Source: the human T2T-CHM13v2.0 reference genome, Homo sapiens. Taken from it: DNA of 64,000 nucleotides. The stretch lies in NCBI RefSeq assembly GCF_009914755.1, contig NC_060937.1. One strand, written 5' to 3'. Of this stretch, positions 1 to 12,260 are shown piece after piece (within the stretch, counting starts at the first letter, position 1; each line of letters opens with the position of its first letter). The notes beneath the pieces are model-generated. The model saw nothing but the letters and a program-made list of their open reading frames with translations, did no database searches and was not told the DNA's origin. Position numbers and translations under genes: made by a program.

Positions 1-840
1 TTCCTATGATCCCAGATCCAGTAAGAAGGACCCACTGTACCATGGTCCCAATGGCCAGCCCTCCTGCCACAGCCAACAGACTACCTGTCTGTTTCCTCCT
101 GTTGTCTGCACTTAGTTTCCCTGTTGCCACGTTTCACCTGTCCTCTGGACGATCCCCACCCTTGTGAAACCTTCCTGATAGGCCATCTGCCTCAGGTGAC
201 TCCTACAAACCAGGACCATCACTTCCCAGCCCAGGGTCCACCTACCTGGCTGCTGTCCTCCCACCACAGTGGGAAGGTCACTCCCAGGGTGACCCCCAAA
301 CCCTCTGTCCCTACAGGATGAGTCAAGCTCTCTGCAGGGCAGATTTAAGGGTGGGGAAAGTGAAAGGGAGCTGGAGAGGAGAACAAAGCAGGCAAAATCA
401 GTGTAGGAAGAAAGCAGAAAGTATCAGAGCCTCCGAGAGCAAGGCCCAGCTTGGTAGTTTCGCTGTGCGGGCTGAGATCTCTGGCCTGTGATCTGGGCTG
501 TGCCTGCCTAGGCCTTGTCTCTCTCACTCTCCCATCCCCACCCTGACTTCTCACCCAGGACTCTATGTTTACCCATGTTGAATGTCTTTCAGTTCCTTCA
601 ACAGAGTATCATTTCTCTCACCTCTGGATCTTCGAAAATATTCTTTTCTGGGCCTAGAATTTATACATCCTCCACCTTACCTGTCTAATCCATCTTTCAG
701 CCCTCAGCCTGGACAGCAGTCTCCTGCCCCCCAGCACATCCACCCTAAATTACCCTCTGAGATGGTGCCTTTCCTAGGCATCTCATATCTCCCTGAACTT
801 CCTGTGCCAGGGATCTCATTCCACTCATTTCAGCTGTAGG

Positions 841-994
841 GTTATTTGTCTCCTCTGCTAGAATCCAAGTTTATAAGATCTAGGACTGCTTTTTTGTTCA
901 CTTTCTGTCAATTTCATCTCGTTCCTGGTTACTGGGTGCTCAAACACACAGTAAAAACCCAGTAAATATTTGTTCCATGAGTCAGTTGATGAAT
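841..994 (+). mobile_element. L2 LINE 3' end fragment
   Basis: tgtctcctctgctagaat...ttgttcac...cagtaaatatttgtt...gatgaat resembles the L2 3' terminus. Confidence 0.6.
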
Positions 995-1824
995 ATCCAC
1001 ACTAACATCTCCGTTTTTATCACCATCCAAGGAAGAAGCAGAATTCTCTTCCCTAGACCATGGCCCTGAATGAGGAGCATACACTACTGTCACCTGGGCA
1101 CCCTCCTCTCTGAAAGTAGCTTGGGAACATGGCAAATGTGTAGGGGTGCATGGGCGCCTCCACTACAACAAGCAGAACCCAGGGTCTCCCTGGTAAAAGG
1201 GCAGACGGCAACCACTTAGCATTATTAGAGTTGACTTCTTCCAGCCTCACCCACAGGGCCTCCTTAGGCTATGTCCTTCCCTGAGCAATCTCAGTTCCAA
1301 GGCCTTACAGAAAATAAAGTTCCTTCCACTTCTATTCCTGGATGAGATTGCTGACATCCCCCCGGGCAGCCTCCCTGCACCACTGGGCTGAAACTTTCTC
1401 CCTGTTTTCAGAGGTACCTACCGTTCCTGGCACACTCAGCCACAAGAGGCTCCCAGAGCAGCCGTTCCTCCTCCCGCTCTTCATTCAAATACATTTTATA
1501 CATTTTCTAAAGAAACTTCCTGTCATTTTCATCTCATTTATAACCTTCCCAAAGTGTGATTCACAGAACAGGCAACAGAAGGAGCCCGGTGAAGGAGGAC
1601 TCCCATGGTCACATGAATTTGGGAAATAGAGCATGGGTTGTTCCCGTCTTGGACAGTCACAGAGCATAAAACTGCAAAATGTCCTAAAGGAAAGAATTCT
1701 GCCAAGAACTTGTGGCCCAAAAGGCACAGTTGGGTCAATCTTGAACATGTCCCTCTGCACCACATTCATACACAGCAATGACAGACAAAATATAAGAAAA
1801 TAACAAAGGCATAGCCCAGCGCGT

Positions 1825-1853
1825 ACACACACACACACACACATACACACACA
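1825..1853. repeat. (CA)n microsatellite
   Basis: Direct read of the acacac tract. Confidence 0.95.
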
Positions 1854-2499
1854 AAACCCTCAGTAAACCAGAAATGAAGTGGAAATACAAAGGACAGACC
1901 TGCTGGTCCCCTGTTCAGGATGCAGGCAATGGACTCAGAGAATTCCTCTCCTGTGGGACAGAGAGGACTCAAACCATTTTGTAAGAAAGGACAGACTCAG
2001 TTCTCTGCTCACCAAACATGTGTTAACATCCTGCAGACAAGTGTTTTGCAGAACACACGTTTGAATGTGCTGCCTTTGAGACTTTCTCCTCCATGCTTGC
2101 CAGCCCATGCTGGCCTCAAGGTTCTCAGATATCAGTAATTTGTTCCTATCCTCTACACCTTTTTTTTTTTTTTGTCTCACTAAATATCGGCCTTCCCAAA
2201 GCTTATAGGGAAAACGTGATTACAAGATTCAAAATGAGAGGTATTCTGTCTCTTTCACTCTCTCTCTTTCTGTCTATCTCTCCTCCATCATCAATGTCTT
2301 CTTAGGTACCCTCTGCCTCGCCTTCCACTTACCTCACCCCTGACATCCTTCACGCTTACTGATCTCCGTGACTGTTGCTCTAATAACCCCCGATGACCAC
2401 ACCCAGCAACGTGCTTTCAGACCCCATTCTCTGTGATTCTCCAGTTTCCAATGCTGCCAAACGCCCTCCTGATGAACCTAGAGAATCCTTGGCTTCTCC

Positions 2500-2700
2500 A
2501 GTACTTTCCATTTCCTCTACCTGTCGAAATGCTCTTCTCCTGTCTCTGAGATGTTGGTGTTTCCAAAGTCTCTGCCCTGAGCCCTCTGCTCTTTCTCTCT
2601 TGTTTGCACAGCCATTCCCCTGCATTATTCTCCATATGCACACATCACTCAACACTACCTCATTGGCCTTCACCTTGCTCCTCGACATTTCCAAATACCC
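2500..2700 (+). mobile_element. Degraded L2 internal fragment
   Basis: ctgagccctctgctctttctctc...ccattcccctgcattattctccatatgc resembles the L2 ORF2 3' region. Confidence 0.4.
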
Positions 2701-3833
2701 AGAAGTTTCGAGAAACTTGTGTTTCAAATACTGATCTGAAAATGGTGAGTTGGCTTTGATTTTGTTTCTGTTATTGTTTGTTGCGCTGTTTCTGGTGTGT
2801 TACAGTGGTCGGAGCACAGACACTGATTATAAAACACAGCTTTCCACTCTGTTTTCACTCATTTACTTGGTTGTATGTCCAAGCTCATGACTTCTTTTAA
2901 ACGTATCAAAGCAGCCTGTCACAACCATGTGTCCTATTGAATTATTGACTTCTTCTAGTAGAGTAAATCAGTTTAAACATGTTAAAATTCCCATATACCA
3001 AGTATATCTGTACCCGAATGCAGCCACATTACTGAATAATATTAAATGTTTTGTTTTGCTGCTTCAGAAACAATTTTCAAATGCATTCCCTATATTTTCA
3101 CATTTTCAGCTCATTTTAAGCTTAATTACTATGGTTAGCTGAAATTTTTCAAGTCTATTTTTATCTGCTTCTCAATTTTCTCCTATCGCATTGGTAAAAT
3201 TTGTTTAATCCTTTAAAGATTTTTGGTAAATATTTATATATTTGTGCATAAATGTCTAAAACCCTATTCGTTTGTATAAAGTCATAAGGATATATAAAAT
3301 ATATATATATTATATATATATATGACTTAGCCAAATATTTTAACTGTGCAAATCAAATTTGCTTTGCAATGCAAAGGGAGAAAAACACATCTTCCCTATT
3401 TGTCCTCTTACAATCAGCTGTCTACTTCTTCTCCAGAAAAGCAGCATGAAATTATTTCTTTCTGCTCCTCTCTTTTCAGTTGCTGCTGTCTTACCATCAT
3501 TTTCCTAATAGCGAAGCTCCAACACCAGTGTTCTCTTACACCTCTCCTGCTTATTCACTGGCTCACCATAAAGCCCCAAACCCCTCAAAATCAACTGTGA
3601 AGCTCTTTCCACTTTGCCATCACGAAGTCTCTCTTCACATGGAAATAAGTGTTCCTCAAAATACTCCTCCAACCCAGAGACAGGGACCTGAGTCAGTATT
3701 AGGATTCCTGTAAGACCCCACATATACCCATCATACCTGAGCCCTCTGAAGAAGTACCTCGTTGTAAGAGACAGCATAAGAGATCCAGATAAGAGAAGAG
3801 AATAATATAAGATAAGAGAGTAATATGTTATGC

Positions 3834-4056
3834 GATGAGAACACATGGACACATGAGGTGGGAAACAACACACGCTGGAGCCTGTCGGGGAGTGGGGGGA
3901 GGGAGAGCATCAAGAAGAGTAGCTAGTGGAGGCTGGGCTTAATACCTAGGTGATGGGTTGATCTGTGCAGCAAATCACCATGGCACACGTTTACCTATGT
4001 AACAAACCTGCACATCCTGCACATGTATCCCAGAACTTAAAATAAAAGTTAATGAA

Positions 4057-4082
<26 letters not shown>
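3834..4082 (+). mobile_element. 5'-truncated L1PA (older, about L1PA11-15) 3' end with (TAA)n tail
   Basis: gagaacacatggacac...gggcttaatacctaggtgatggg...cagaacttaaaataaaagtt; TSD taatatgtt(a/c)tgc at 3821-3833 and 4083-4095. Confidence 0.9.
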
Positions 4083-4087
<5 letters not shown>

Positions 4088-4167
4088 TGTTCTGCATCTA
4101 GGCAAGAGGATCAGGGCACCTTCAATAAAGGAAAGTTCTGGATTTAAGCCTCGTAAAGAAAGCTTTA

Positions 4168-4479
<312 letters not shown>

Positions 4480-4769
4480 TTAACCCACTCAATCATAGTG
4501 TGATGTGACTGGCATCAAATCAGTCAAACTTGGATAGTTGATTGAGAAAGGAATCCATCAGGATCACTCCATCCATATTCATCTGCTGTCATCCAAGGAA
4601 TCCCATCATTATGTCACTGATTACCAGCAAAGCTTGTTCTTTGCTAGACATAGTTTTTTAGAATAGAAGCGATTCAGACGAGATGAAATATTCCATGGGA
4701 AAATTTGGTCCCCTTTGTCTACTGCTGCCTCGACTCCAGACTTTTGTAAGGTTTGATGATGAAAAATGT

Positions 4770-5070
4770 GATCTCTGGAATCAGATAGACCTGGGTTCAT
4801 TTCTAGCCTGCCTCTGATATTTACCAGTAGGAACTACTGGGAAAAATCCTTAACATCATCACTACTGCTCCTAGTATTACTATTAGTAATAATTATTATA
4901 CCAGTAGCAGCTAAAATGTGTTGAGTTTTTATTATGCACTCTAAAAATCTTCCCATCTGTGAAGCTGGACTAATAAAATCAACTTGAGAGTGTTGTGAGA
5001 TAAGATGAGCCGTATGTGTAAATTGCCCTGCACATAGCATACAGCCAGGTGATAGTAGCTATCATTATTT
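4770..5070 (+). mobile_element. Interrupted MIR
   Basis: ctctggaatcagatagacctgggttca...catctgtgaagctgg...gctatcattatt. Confidence 0.6.
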
Positions 5071-5275
5071 TTTGATGTCCTTATCTGCAGGAGAGAATGT
5101 ATTGTGTGCAGATGCACAGTCTCATCCCTTGAACAGCGAATTAATAAAGTGATCTTCTGGCTTGTTAATCAGCCTCTCAAGTGCCTGATAAGCTTTGCAA
5201 ATACAATAATACTAGGTTCCAGTTTTGTATCATTAAGGACTAAAGCTTGGACTCTAAGAGACCAGAGAAGTAAGG

Positions 5276-5450
5276 TAGTCTTGTGGTTGAGGTCACAGAT
5301 TCTTGAGTCAGAATGCCTGAGTTCATATCTCAGGTCTGCCACTTAGAGACAGTACAATCTCCCTAAGCCTAAATTTCCTCATCTGTAGAATGGGATTAAT
5401 GATAGTACCTATCTCATAGGAATCTTGTGAGGATTCAATGAGATAATGTA
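5276..5450 (+). mobile_element. MIR
   Basis: Core tttcctcatctgtagaatggg...tctcataggaatcttgtgaggattcaatgagataatgta. Confidence 0.85.
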
Positions 5451-5624
5451 ATCTTCACAACATTTCTATGGGTAGGTATCATGAATATCAATCACCATTT
5501 GACAGAAGAGTAAACTGACATTTAGAGAAGGGAGATTATTTGCTTTACATCAGATGACTAGAAACTGATGGAGGCAAAATTTGTATCCAGATCTATCCAG
5601 CTTCAAAGCCTGAGTCCTTAACCA
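5451..5624 (-). mobile_element. MIR, inverted relative to the previous copy
   Basis: atcttcacaaca...ccatttgacagaagagtaaactga...ttcaaagcctgagtccttaaccac. Confidence 0.75.
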
Positions 5625-6314
5625 CATTCCACCACCCAAGTGGCCCTCCAACCTGTAGTACTGGGCATTTAGCTGAGTAAATCCAAGTCCTTTCATATAC
5701 TTTAAGGTGCTTGAGGGAAGAAATTATGCATCTTATTCATCTTCATTTTCCCTTCAGCACCTAGTCCTATATTTTATTCATTGAAATGTTTCTTAAACCA
5801 ATGGTGAATGCCTAATAAAATAAATGTATGCACGAATAAAAATAAATCAAAGAAAGAGATGCTTATTAAGAGAATAGGGTTTAAAAATATCCACAATCAA
5901 GAAGGGTTGGACTTAAGAAGAAGAGGAGGAGGAGAAAAATAAGGAGGAGGAAGAATAAAAGGTATAGCCAAAGGTCATTACAATCCTTTGAGAGAAAATG
6001 GTATAGTAAGATAACCCTGCAGGTTAAGGAAGGTGCAGGGGGTGAAGAAGGAAAGCCTGAATACAAAGGCAGCAGCATGAACAGATCACTTATGGGAAGG
6101 CTACACCTGTAAAGGAAGGTGTTGTGAAGAGCTATAACTAGAAAGGGAAAAAGTCAAGTGAAGAATTGCATTTGCTTTTTATAAAATAAGATGAACCTGA
6201 TTATGCTGACAGGAAGAGAGGATTAACTTCCATATAGAAGGGAGAATAAGAGTTCTGGAAGGGAAAGTGATCATTGCAAAAATAATGTCCCAGAAGAGAT
6301 AAAAGGAACTGGAT

Positions 6315-6436
6315 CTAGAGTTTTCCAATCCATGGGTTACAAGCCAATATTTTGGGAATGGGATGGGATGGGATGGGATGGGATGGGATGGGATGGGATG
6401 GGATGGGATGGGATGGGACGGGATAGGGTGAGATGG
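6315..6436 (+). mobile_element. hAT/Charlie-type non-autonomous DNA transposon, left part (split by HERV-L)
   Basis: Degenerate 5' end; continues at 8137-8257 after the LTR element. Confidence 0.4.
6360..6424. repeat. (GGGAT)n pentanucleotide repeat, 13 units (one GGGAC)
   Basis: Direct read. Confidence 0.97.
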
Positions 6437-6466
6437 TGTATTATTCAGGGTTCTCTAGAGGGACAG
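6437..6466 (-). mobile_element. Terminal 30 bp remnant of the 3' MLT2A LTR
   Basis: tgtattattcagggttctctagagggacag matches 7644-7673 at 29 of 30 bases. Confidence 0.9.
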
Positions 6467-7623
6467 CCAGTGGGCCATCTTTTAATCCATATTTCAGCTA
6501 ACCAAGCAAATAAACTATTAGAACCTTTTTAAACTCTCTGAGCTGCAACATTAAATGCAGAGTCCCTACTTAATGGGCCCAAATCAATGAATTCAGACAT
6601 CCATTCCATGTTCCTTCCACCATTATCCCACACCCTTAACATCCATTCCCATGCCTGTTCTCCAGATTTCTGCTCATATAAATTAGAAAACTCAAGCAGT
6701 TCTTTTCAAGTGTAGCACACCTCCTCATGGGTCACACTCTCAACCTCACCTCTAGGGGCCTGCCGGGACTTTAGTTTAGTTATAGGCCTAGAAGCAAGCA
6801 GGGGTGTTGGGGGTGGCTCCTGAAAAGGATCAACAATATCTTGCCTGGCAACTGCCTCAGGGGAGGCCATTACTGTTGCCTCAGGCAGCACAAGGTTTAT
6901 CTGCCCAGGCAAAGGTGGAAAGGCTGATGGCAGCATGGGACGGGGAAGGGATGTTGCCACTACGGGGGATGAGGAAGCTGTTTCTTCGGGCAAAAAAGTT
7001 CATCAGAGTTTACAAACTCAGTGTCCCCAGCTTCATCAGGGTCCTCCCACACATCCCCATTCCAAGTTGCAGGGTCCCACTATTTTCCAATCAACGCCCT
7101 CATTTTAACAGTAGACACCTGGCGAGGCTATGCATGCACCTTCTGTTGCAGGTCAGCCACTCATATGATAAGAACTTATGTCTGTTTTTCCACTATTTCA
7201 GCTCTTTCTCCATAGGAGATAAGACTCTCAGTTGGGGCAATGTTAGCAGATTTGAGGCTCAATATCTATTTCTGAAGCCAGGAGTTAGAATCCCAGAGTT
7301 CATTTTCTTTCATCACTTTGTCCACTGAACTTAGGAGCAGCCAACTAGCTTCATTATATTCCTTGGTTCTCCACATATAGTCAAAGGTATTATGTATAGA
7401 GTCACTAAACTCCTTGCCTCTCACAAGTGATGAATCAGGAGTGTCAAATGCATTTAACTTGTATAACTCTCTAAATAGTTCACACCAAGGCCTGTCAGTG
7501 TTCTCCATACTATTAGAAATAGAGTCCTTAGCATTTTTTGGGTCCAATCATATTAAGCAGCCAACTCCAGAAACTGCAAGACCAATGAAAGAACTCCATC
7601 CTTAATATTCTGTTCGTCTAGAA
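6467..7623 (-). pseudogene. gag: HERV-L internal region, disrupted gag N-terminal half
   Basis: Minus-strand ORFs 7266-7547 (PKNAKDSISNSMENTDRPWCELFREL...) and 6706-6993 (...PPPTPLLASRPITKLKSRQAPRGEV...) are typical ERV-L Gag; broken by stops. Confidence 0.9.
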
Positions 7624-7643
7624 CCACTCCTGGTACCAAAATC
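7624..7643 (-). promoter_or_regulatory. HERV-L primer-binding site (tRNA-Leu type)
   Basis: Minus strand reads gattttggtaccaggagtgg immediately after the 5' LTR. Confidence 0.8.
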
Positions 7644-7717
7644 TGTATTAGTCAGGGTTCTCTAGAGGGACAGAACTAATAGGATGGAGATATAGATATA
7701 TATATCTATATCTCCAT

Positions 7718-7764
<47 letters not shown>

Positions 7765-8136
7765 TTTATTAAGTATCAACTTACACGATCACAAGATCAA
7801 GATCCCATGATAGGACATTTGCAAGGAGAGCTAGTCCAAGTCCCAAAACTGAAGAACTTGGAGTCCCATGTTCGAGGGCAGGAAACATCCAGCACAGGAG
7901 AAAGATGTAGGCTGGGAGGCTAGGCCAGTCTCGCCTTTTCACGTTTTTCTGCCTGTTTTCTATTCTAGCCATGATGGTAGCTGATTAGATGGTGCCCACC
8001 CAGATTAAGGGTGGGTCTGCCTTTCCCAGCCCACTGACTCAAATGTTAATCTTCTTTGGCAACACCTTCACAGACACACCCAGGATCAATACTTTGCATC
8101 CTTCAATCAAGTTGACACTCAGTATTAACCATTCAA
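7644..8136 (-). mobile_element. MLT2A (A1/A2) 5' LTR with internal (TA)n expansion at about 7690-7761
   Basis: tgtattagtcagggttctctagagggacagaactaatagga...gttgacactcagtattaacc; likely TSD gatgg/gatag. Confidence 0.93.
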
Positions 8137-8257
8137 GATAGGATGGAAATTATTGGAATGCCTCACATTTTAAGAGGCTTGTTTCATGTGTGTACAGGTC
8201 ATGATGAAAAGCCTATTTTTTACTGTGAGCTGTAGTCAAAATATGTTTGAAGCAGTG
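8137..8257 (+). mobile_element. hAT/Charlie-type DNA transposon, right part
   Basis: gtgtgtacaggtcatgatgaaaa...ttactgtgagctgtagtcaaaatatgtttgaagcagtg resembles a hAT MITE 3' end and TIR. Confidence 0.55.
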
Positions 8258-9343
8258 GTCATGGGTGAAAAGGTTAGATTTAAGTTCTCCAGGACAACCT
8301 CACTGTGCTTTTAGCAATGGTGCTAGATGCCTGTCCTGACCGACTACAATTCAGATAAACCCACCCATCCCATCTTCTTTTTTCCCTCCTCTTCTTCTCC
8401 CATCCCTCCCTTTCTTCCTTTTTCCTTCCTTCAATAAACATTTATTGAGCATCTATCTACAGCCTACCATTCAGTTTCCTAGGCTCTGGGCACACTCCTA
8501 TCCTCACAGGGCTTCTAGTACAGCACTTACTATCTAGTAAGAATGACCTCTGGACACCCAAGACTATTTGCAGCACAGGCCTGGGCCTATTCTCCTAGTT
8601 CTCGCTTTGCAACTCAATCCCTGACTCAACTTTGCCTTCCCTCTCCTCTCATATCTGGATAACTGGCATGGTCTTACTATGGCTCTAAGCCCTGCTCCTT
8701 TCCTCAAACACTCTTATCCTCTGCCTCATATGATTCCAGCCCAGCCTGGCCCCAGCCTCAGCTCCCACTCAATACTCACCCACATGCCCATGCTGCTGCC
8801 CAGCCTGCCTGAGGCCCCAGGTAGCGACACAGCCTCCTGGCCCCCCAGGTAGTGAAGGAAGGATCTGTCCTCCCACACACGCAAAAGCATTGTATCTCAA
8901 GGAGGTACCAGAAGAATGTAAGTATCCCAAGTGAACTTCACTCTTGTCAGGATACCAAAATTCCTGAGAGGTGTTCTCAGTTGTGACTTGGCAAAGCCCC
9001 TGGAAGATGGGCAGGGTGGCTTGCACATCGCATTGATATGCTCATGCTGCATGTGCAGGCTGCTCTATTTGGCCATCCATTTAGGTCAGGTTCTTGTTTT
9101 TCCAGTTTTCTTCCATTCCACACACATCCCTTTGTGACTGAGGTTTTTACTTCAGGCATTCAGATGCACAGTCTTAAATGTGGCTTCTTGCATTGAGCTA
9201 ATTAAAACAAGAGAAAACTTTCTGCTGCAAGATTTGTGAAGGGGAAAGTCTACAAAATTTTCAATGTTTTAACACCACTGGAATGAGAGAAGAGGACAGC
9301 TTCAAAAGGGCCTGAGAAAATAGCTATTTCCAAAGCCCTCTTT

Positions 9344-9651
<308 letters not shown>

Positions 9652-10057
9652 TTCCAAAGCCCTCTTTTATAGATGATCACACTGAGGTTCATGAAGTTAA
9701 GAAATTCACCCAATTTTAATAGTCCATGGCAGCTGAGATGTTCTATGAGGGGCCTCAGGGGTGACTAGGGAAGGAGGGAAGGGCTCAGGGACTGGCACTC
9801 CACACCCTGTTTCCTTTTCATCCAAAGCAGCTCTGCTTGTATCTGTTTCATGTGCCAGCTTCTGCATGAGAATTAGTTTGAAAAGAGAGCTTCACCACTT
9901 CAATAGCAAAAAAGCACACACACAAAATAGCAAACTCTGCCATAATTTTTATAACATTAAATTAGACCCCATTTACATAAACAAGAAAAAAAAGTACTCT
10001 AAGAAGATGTCAAATTCCAGTTAATGATATCCATGCTGTTTCACCAGTTAAGGGAAA

Positions 10058-10285
10058 GTTTACTGATGCCTGCAAGTAACCTTGAAATGTATCCCAAAAG
10101 TAAGAAGGATTAATGAATGGATGGAAGGATAGATATATGGGCAGATTGGCAATAAATCAAGTAGTAAAATGCTAACGGTAGGATTTAGATGGTGGGTTGG
10201 GTTTGTAGGTGATCTTGGTAGAGAGTCTTTCATTCAACTTTTCTACTTATTTGAAAACTTCATAATATAATGTTGGGAGAAAAAA
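10058..10285 (+). mobile_element. Ancient L1M (L1ME/L1MC) 3' UTR
   Basis: ttgaaatgtatc...atggatggaaggatagat...ttcaacttttct...tttgaaaacttcataatataatgttggg. Confidence 0.7.
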
Positions 10286-10604
10286 TTGACACCAGGTGCA
10301 CATGCTCCAATAAATGTTTTCTTACCTTTTACTAGCTAGTTAAAAACAAAAAAAGAAAATGAATATTATGCCTGTACCACCTTACTGCATGGCCAATCCT
10401 GTTATTATGAGGAGAAAACAGAAATAATCAATGTGATCACTTTGGGAAAGTAAAACACTACCTCAAATATTTTGCCAAATTAATCATTTATTAACCAACT
10501 TTTAATTATGTAACTCTTTGAACTTCTAAGAAACTGCTGGGTCTAACTGAAGCCTCTCACATTTCTATAGTGCACTAACCTTTGATAAGTAATTAAATAA
10601 GACC

Positions 10605-10763
10605 TTTTACACACGTTGTTTTGTTTGAACCAGACAGTTCTGTAAAATGTATAGGAAAGCATCGTCCCCACTTTGCAGATGATGAGACTGAAGCTCCAAG
10701 ACCACACAGCCATCTATAATCACATGGCTGGATCTTGAAATAAAGCTCATGATTTCCAGCTCC
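10605..10763 (-). mobile_element. MIR
   Basis: ccccactttgcagatgatgagactgaagctc core. Confidence 0.7.
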
Positions 10764-12081
10764 TGGGGAGGGTGATGATGGCAAGAGGAGGGCAGAGTAG
10801 ATCCACTGTGGCATTCATGAAGGCCTTCAGGTTGAAGAAATGCAAAGCAGCAAGATTGAAATGGACAAGTTAATGGAATGATCTGATCAGATCTAGTGAT
10901 TAAACATCTTTGTATATTTCCTTCTTAACTTGTAAAGTATTACTTTACCTCTTACAGATGACCACTTTGCAGTAAATGATTTACTAATGTTTGCATCAGC
11001 ACTCACAATTGTCTCCATTTCAAAATAAATTCTGGTTACATATTGAAGTCCAGAAACTGTAGAGGAGGAATGGGAACTTGGAAGTCTACAATGTGTTCAT
11101 TATGAAGTTCTGGGGCATTAATCACTGAAATGAAATGGACCTCAGTTTCTTCCTCAATACAGTAGGAGATGCCAAATTAACAGAGAGACATAGACTTGAA
11201 TTTTACACGTAAAATGGATCATGATGATTATTTATTCCCTCAGTTAGCTACCTGGAATTTCAAAGACTTCTAGACTAGCATAAGTCTTTGAAATTCAAAG
11301 ACTTATATTATTTCAAAACTTGTCGTAGAAAACATGTACTTATCCAAAATGGTGATGGTCAAATTAAAACACCTCTATTATTTCATTATATTATTCTCCT
11401 GTTCAGCCAAGCTTACACTGGCTGTTAAAAACATCTCTAATTCTTGAAAAAAATCAAAATAAAAAAATCACTTAGATGCAATTTATTCTACTGGAAAAGT
11501 TTTCTAAACTTTAAAAGGAGGATGGGAGAAGGACGGATAATAAAAAAGATTATTTATCTTTTATCCCAAATTGTGAGATAATAATCTTGTCAAAATTCTC
11601 TGTTTTACTAATAAGAACTAAAGAATCAAAGAAACTGGGTGATCTCAGTTAATCCAACAAGCGAGACGTGAGCCAGAAATTAACCCAATATTTATTGGGG
11701 TATATAATAATACGAAGTATATGGATGAGTTTTGAGACAGTTCAAAACAACACATTCATTTAAGCTTTTCTTTTTTAATGAACAGATAGCTATACTTTGG
11801 GCTATAAATTTCACATTTTGTTCATCCTCAGATTATTTTGGTGGTAAGAGCAGCTTTTCCAATGTGGCTCACAGCTGCCTCAACTTATCAAGAAATCACT
11901 AGTCCTTCAAAAGTCAGATGTTTCAAAAAGATTGCCCATTAATTCTAGACTTAAGCAGAAAGGGCTCTCACAGTTCCTGTGTCAGCACAGTGGCATCATC
12001 TTTTGGGTGAAAAGCAAGGGAACACATGCATTCTTCTGATAAATTCTTCAGTACTGTTGACCATATACAATAATTGAGGCT

Positions 12082-12260
12082 GAGAGCAGAGGCTCTGGGA
12101 AAAGACCCAGTTCAAACCCCAATTCTACCACTAAACTTGGGCAAGTGACATATCCCCTCAATCCTCTCATGCATGACACAGTGATAAATTAATGCATGCC
12201 AAATATCTAGCTACATATAGCACACAGCAAATATTCAATCCATGTTAATAGCTATTATTA
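12082..12260 (+). mobile_element. MIR (core deleted)
   Basis: agagcagaggctctgg...gttcaaacccc...ttgggcaagtgac...gctattatta. Confidence 0.7.

Noticed and set aside
275-295. AGGTCA-n9-TGACCC inverted nuclear-receptor half-sites
   Set aside because: Non-canonical spacing; isolated hexamers are expected by chance in 64 kb.
6332-6532. ORF with repeated WDGMG
   Set aside because: Translation of the (GGGAT)n microsatellite.
6804-7328. 174-aa plus-strand ORF
   Set aside because: Antisense to decayed HERV-L gag; no independent coding signal.
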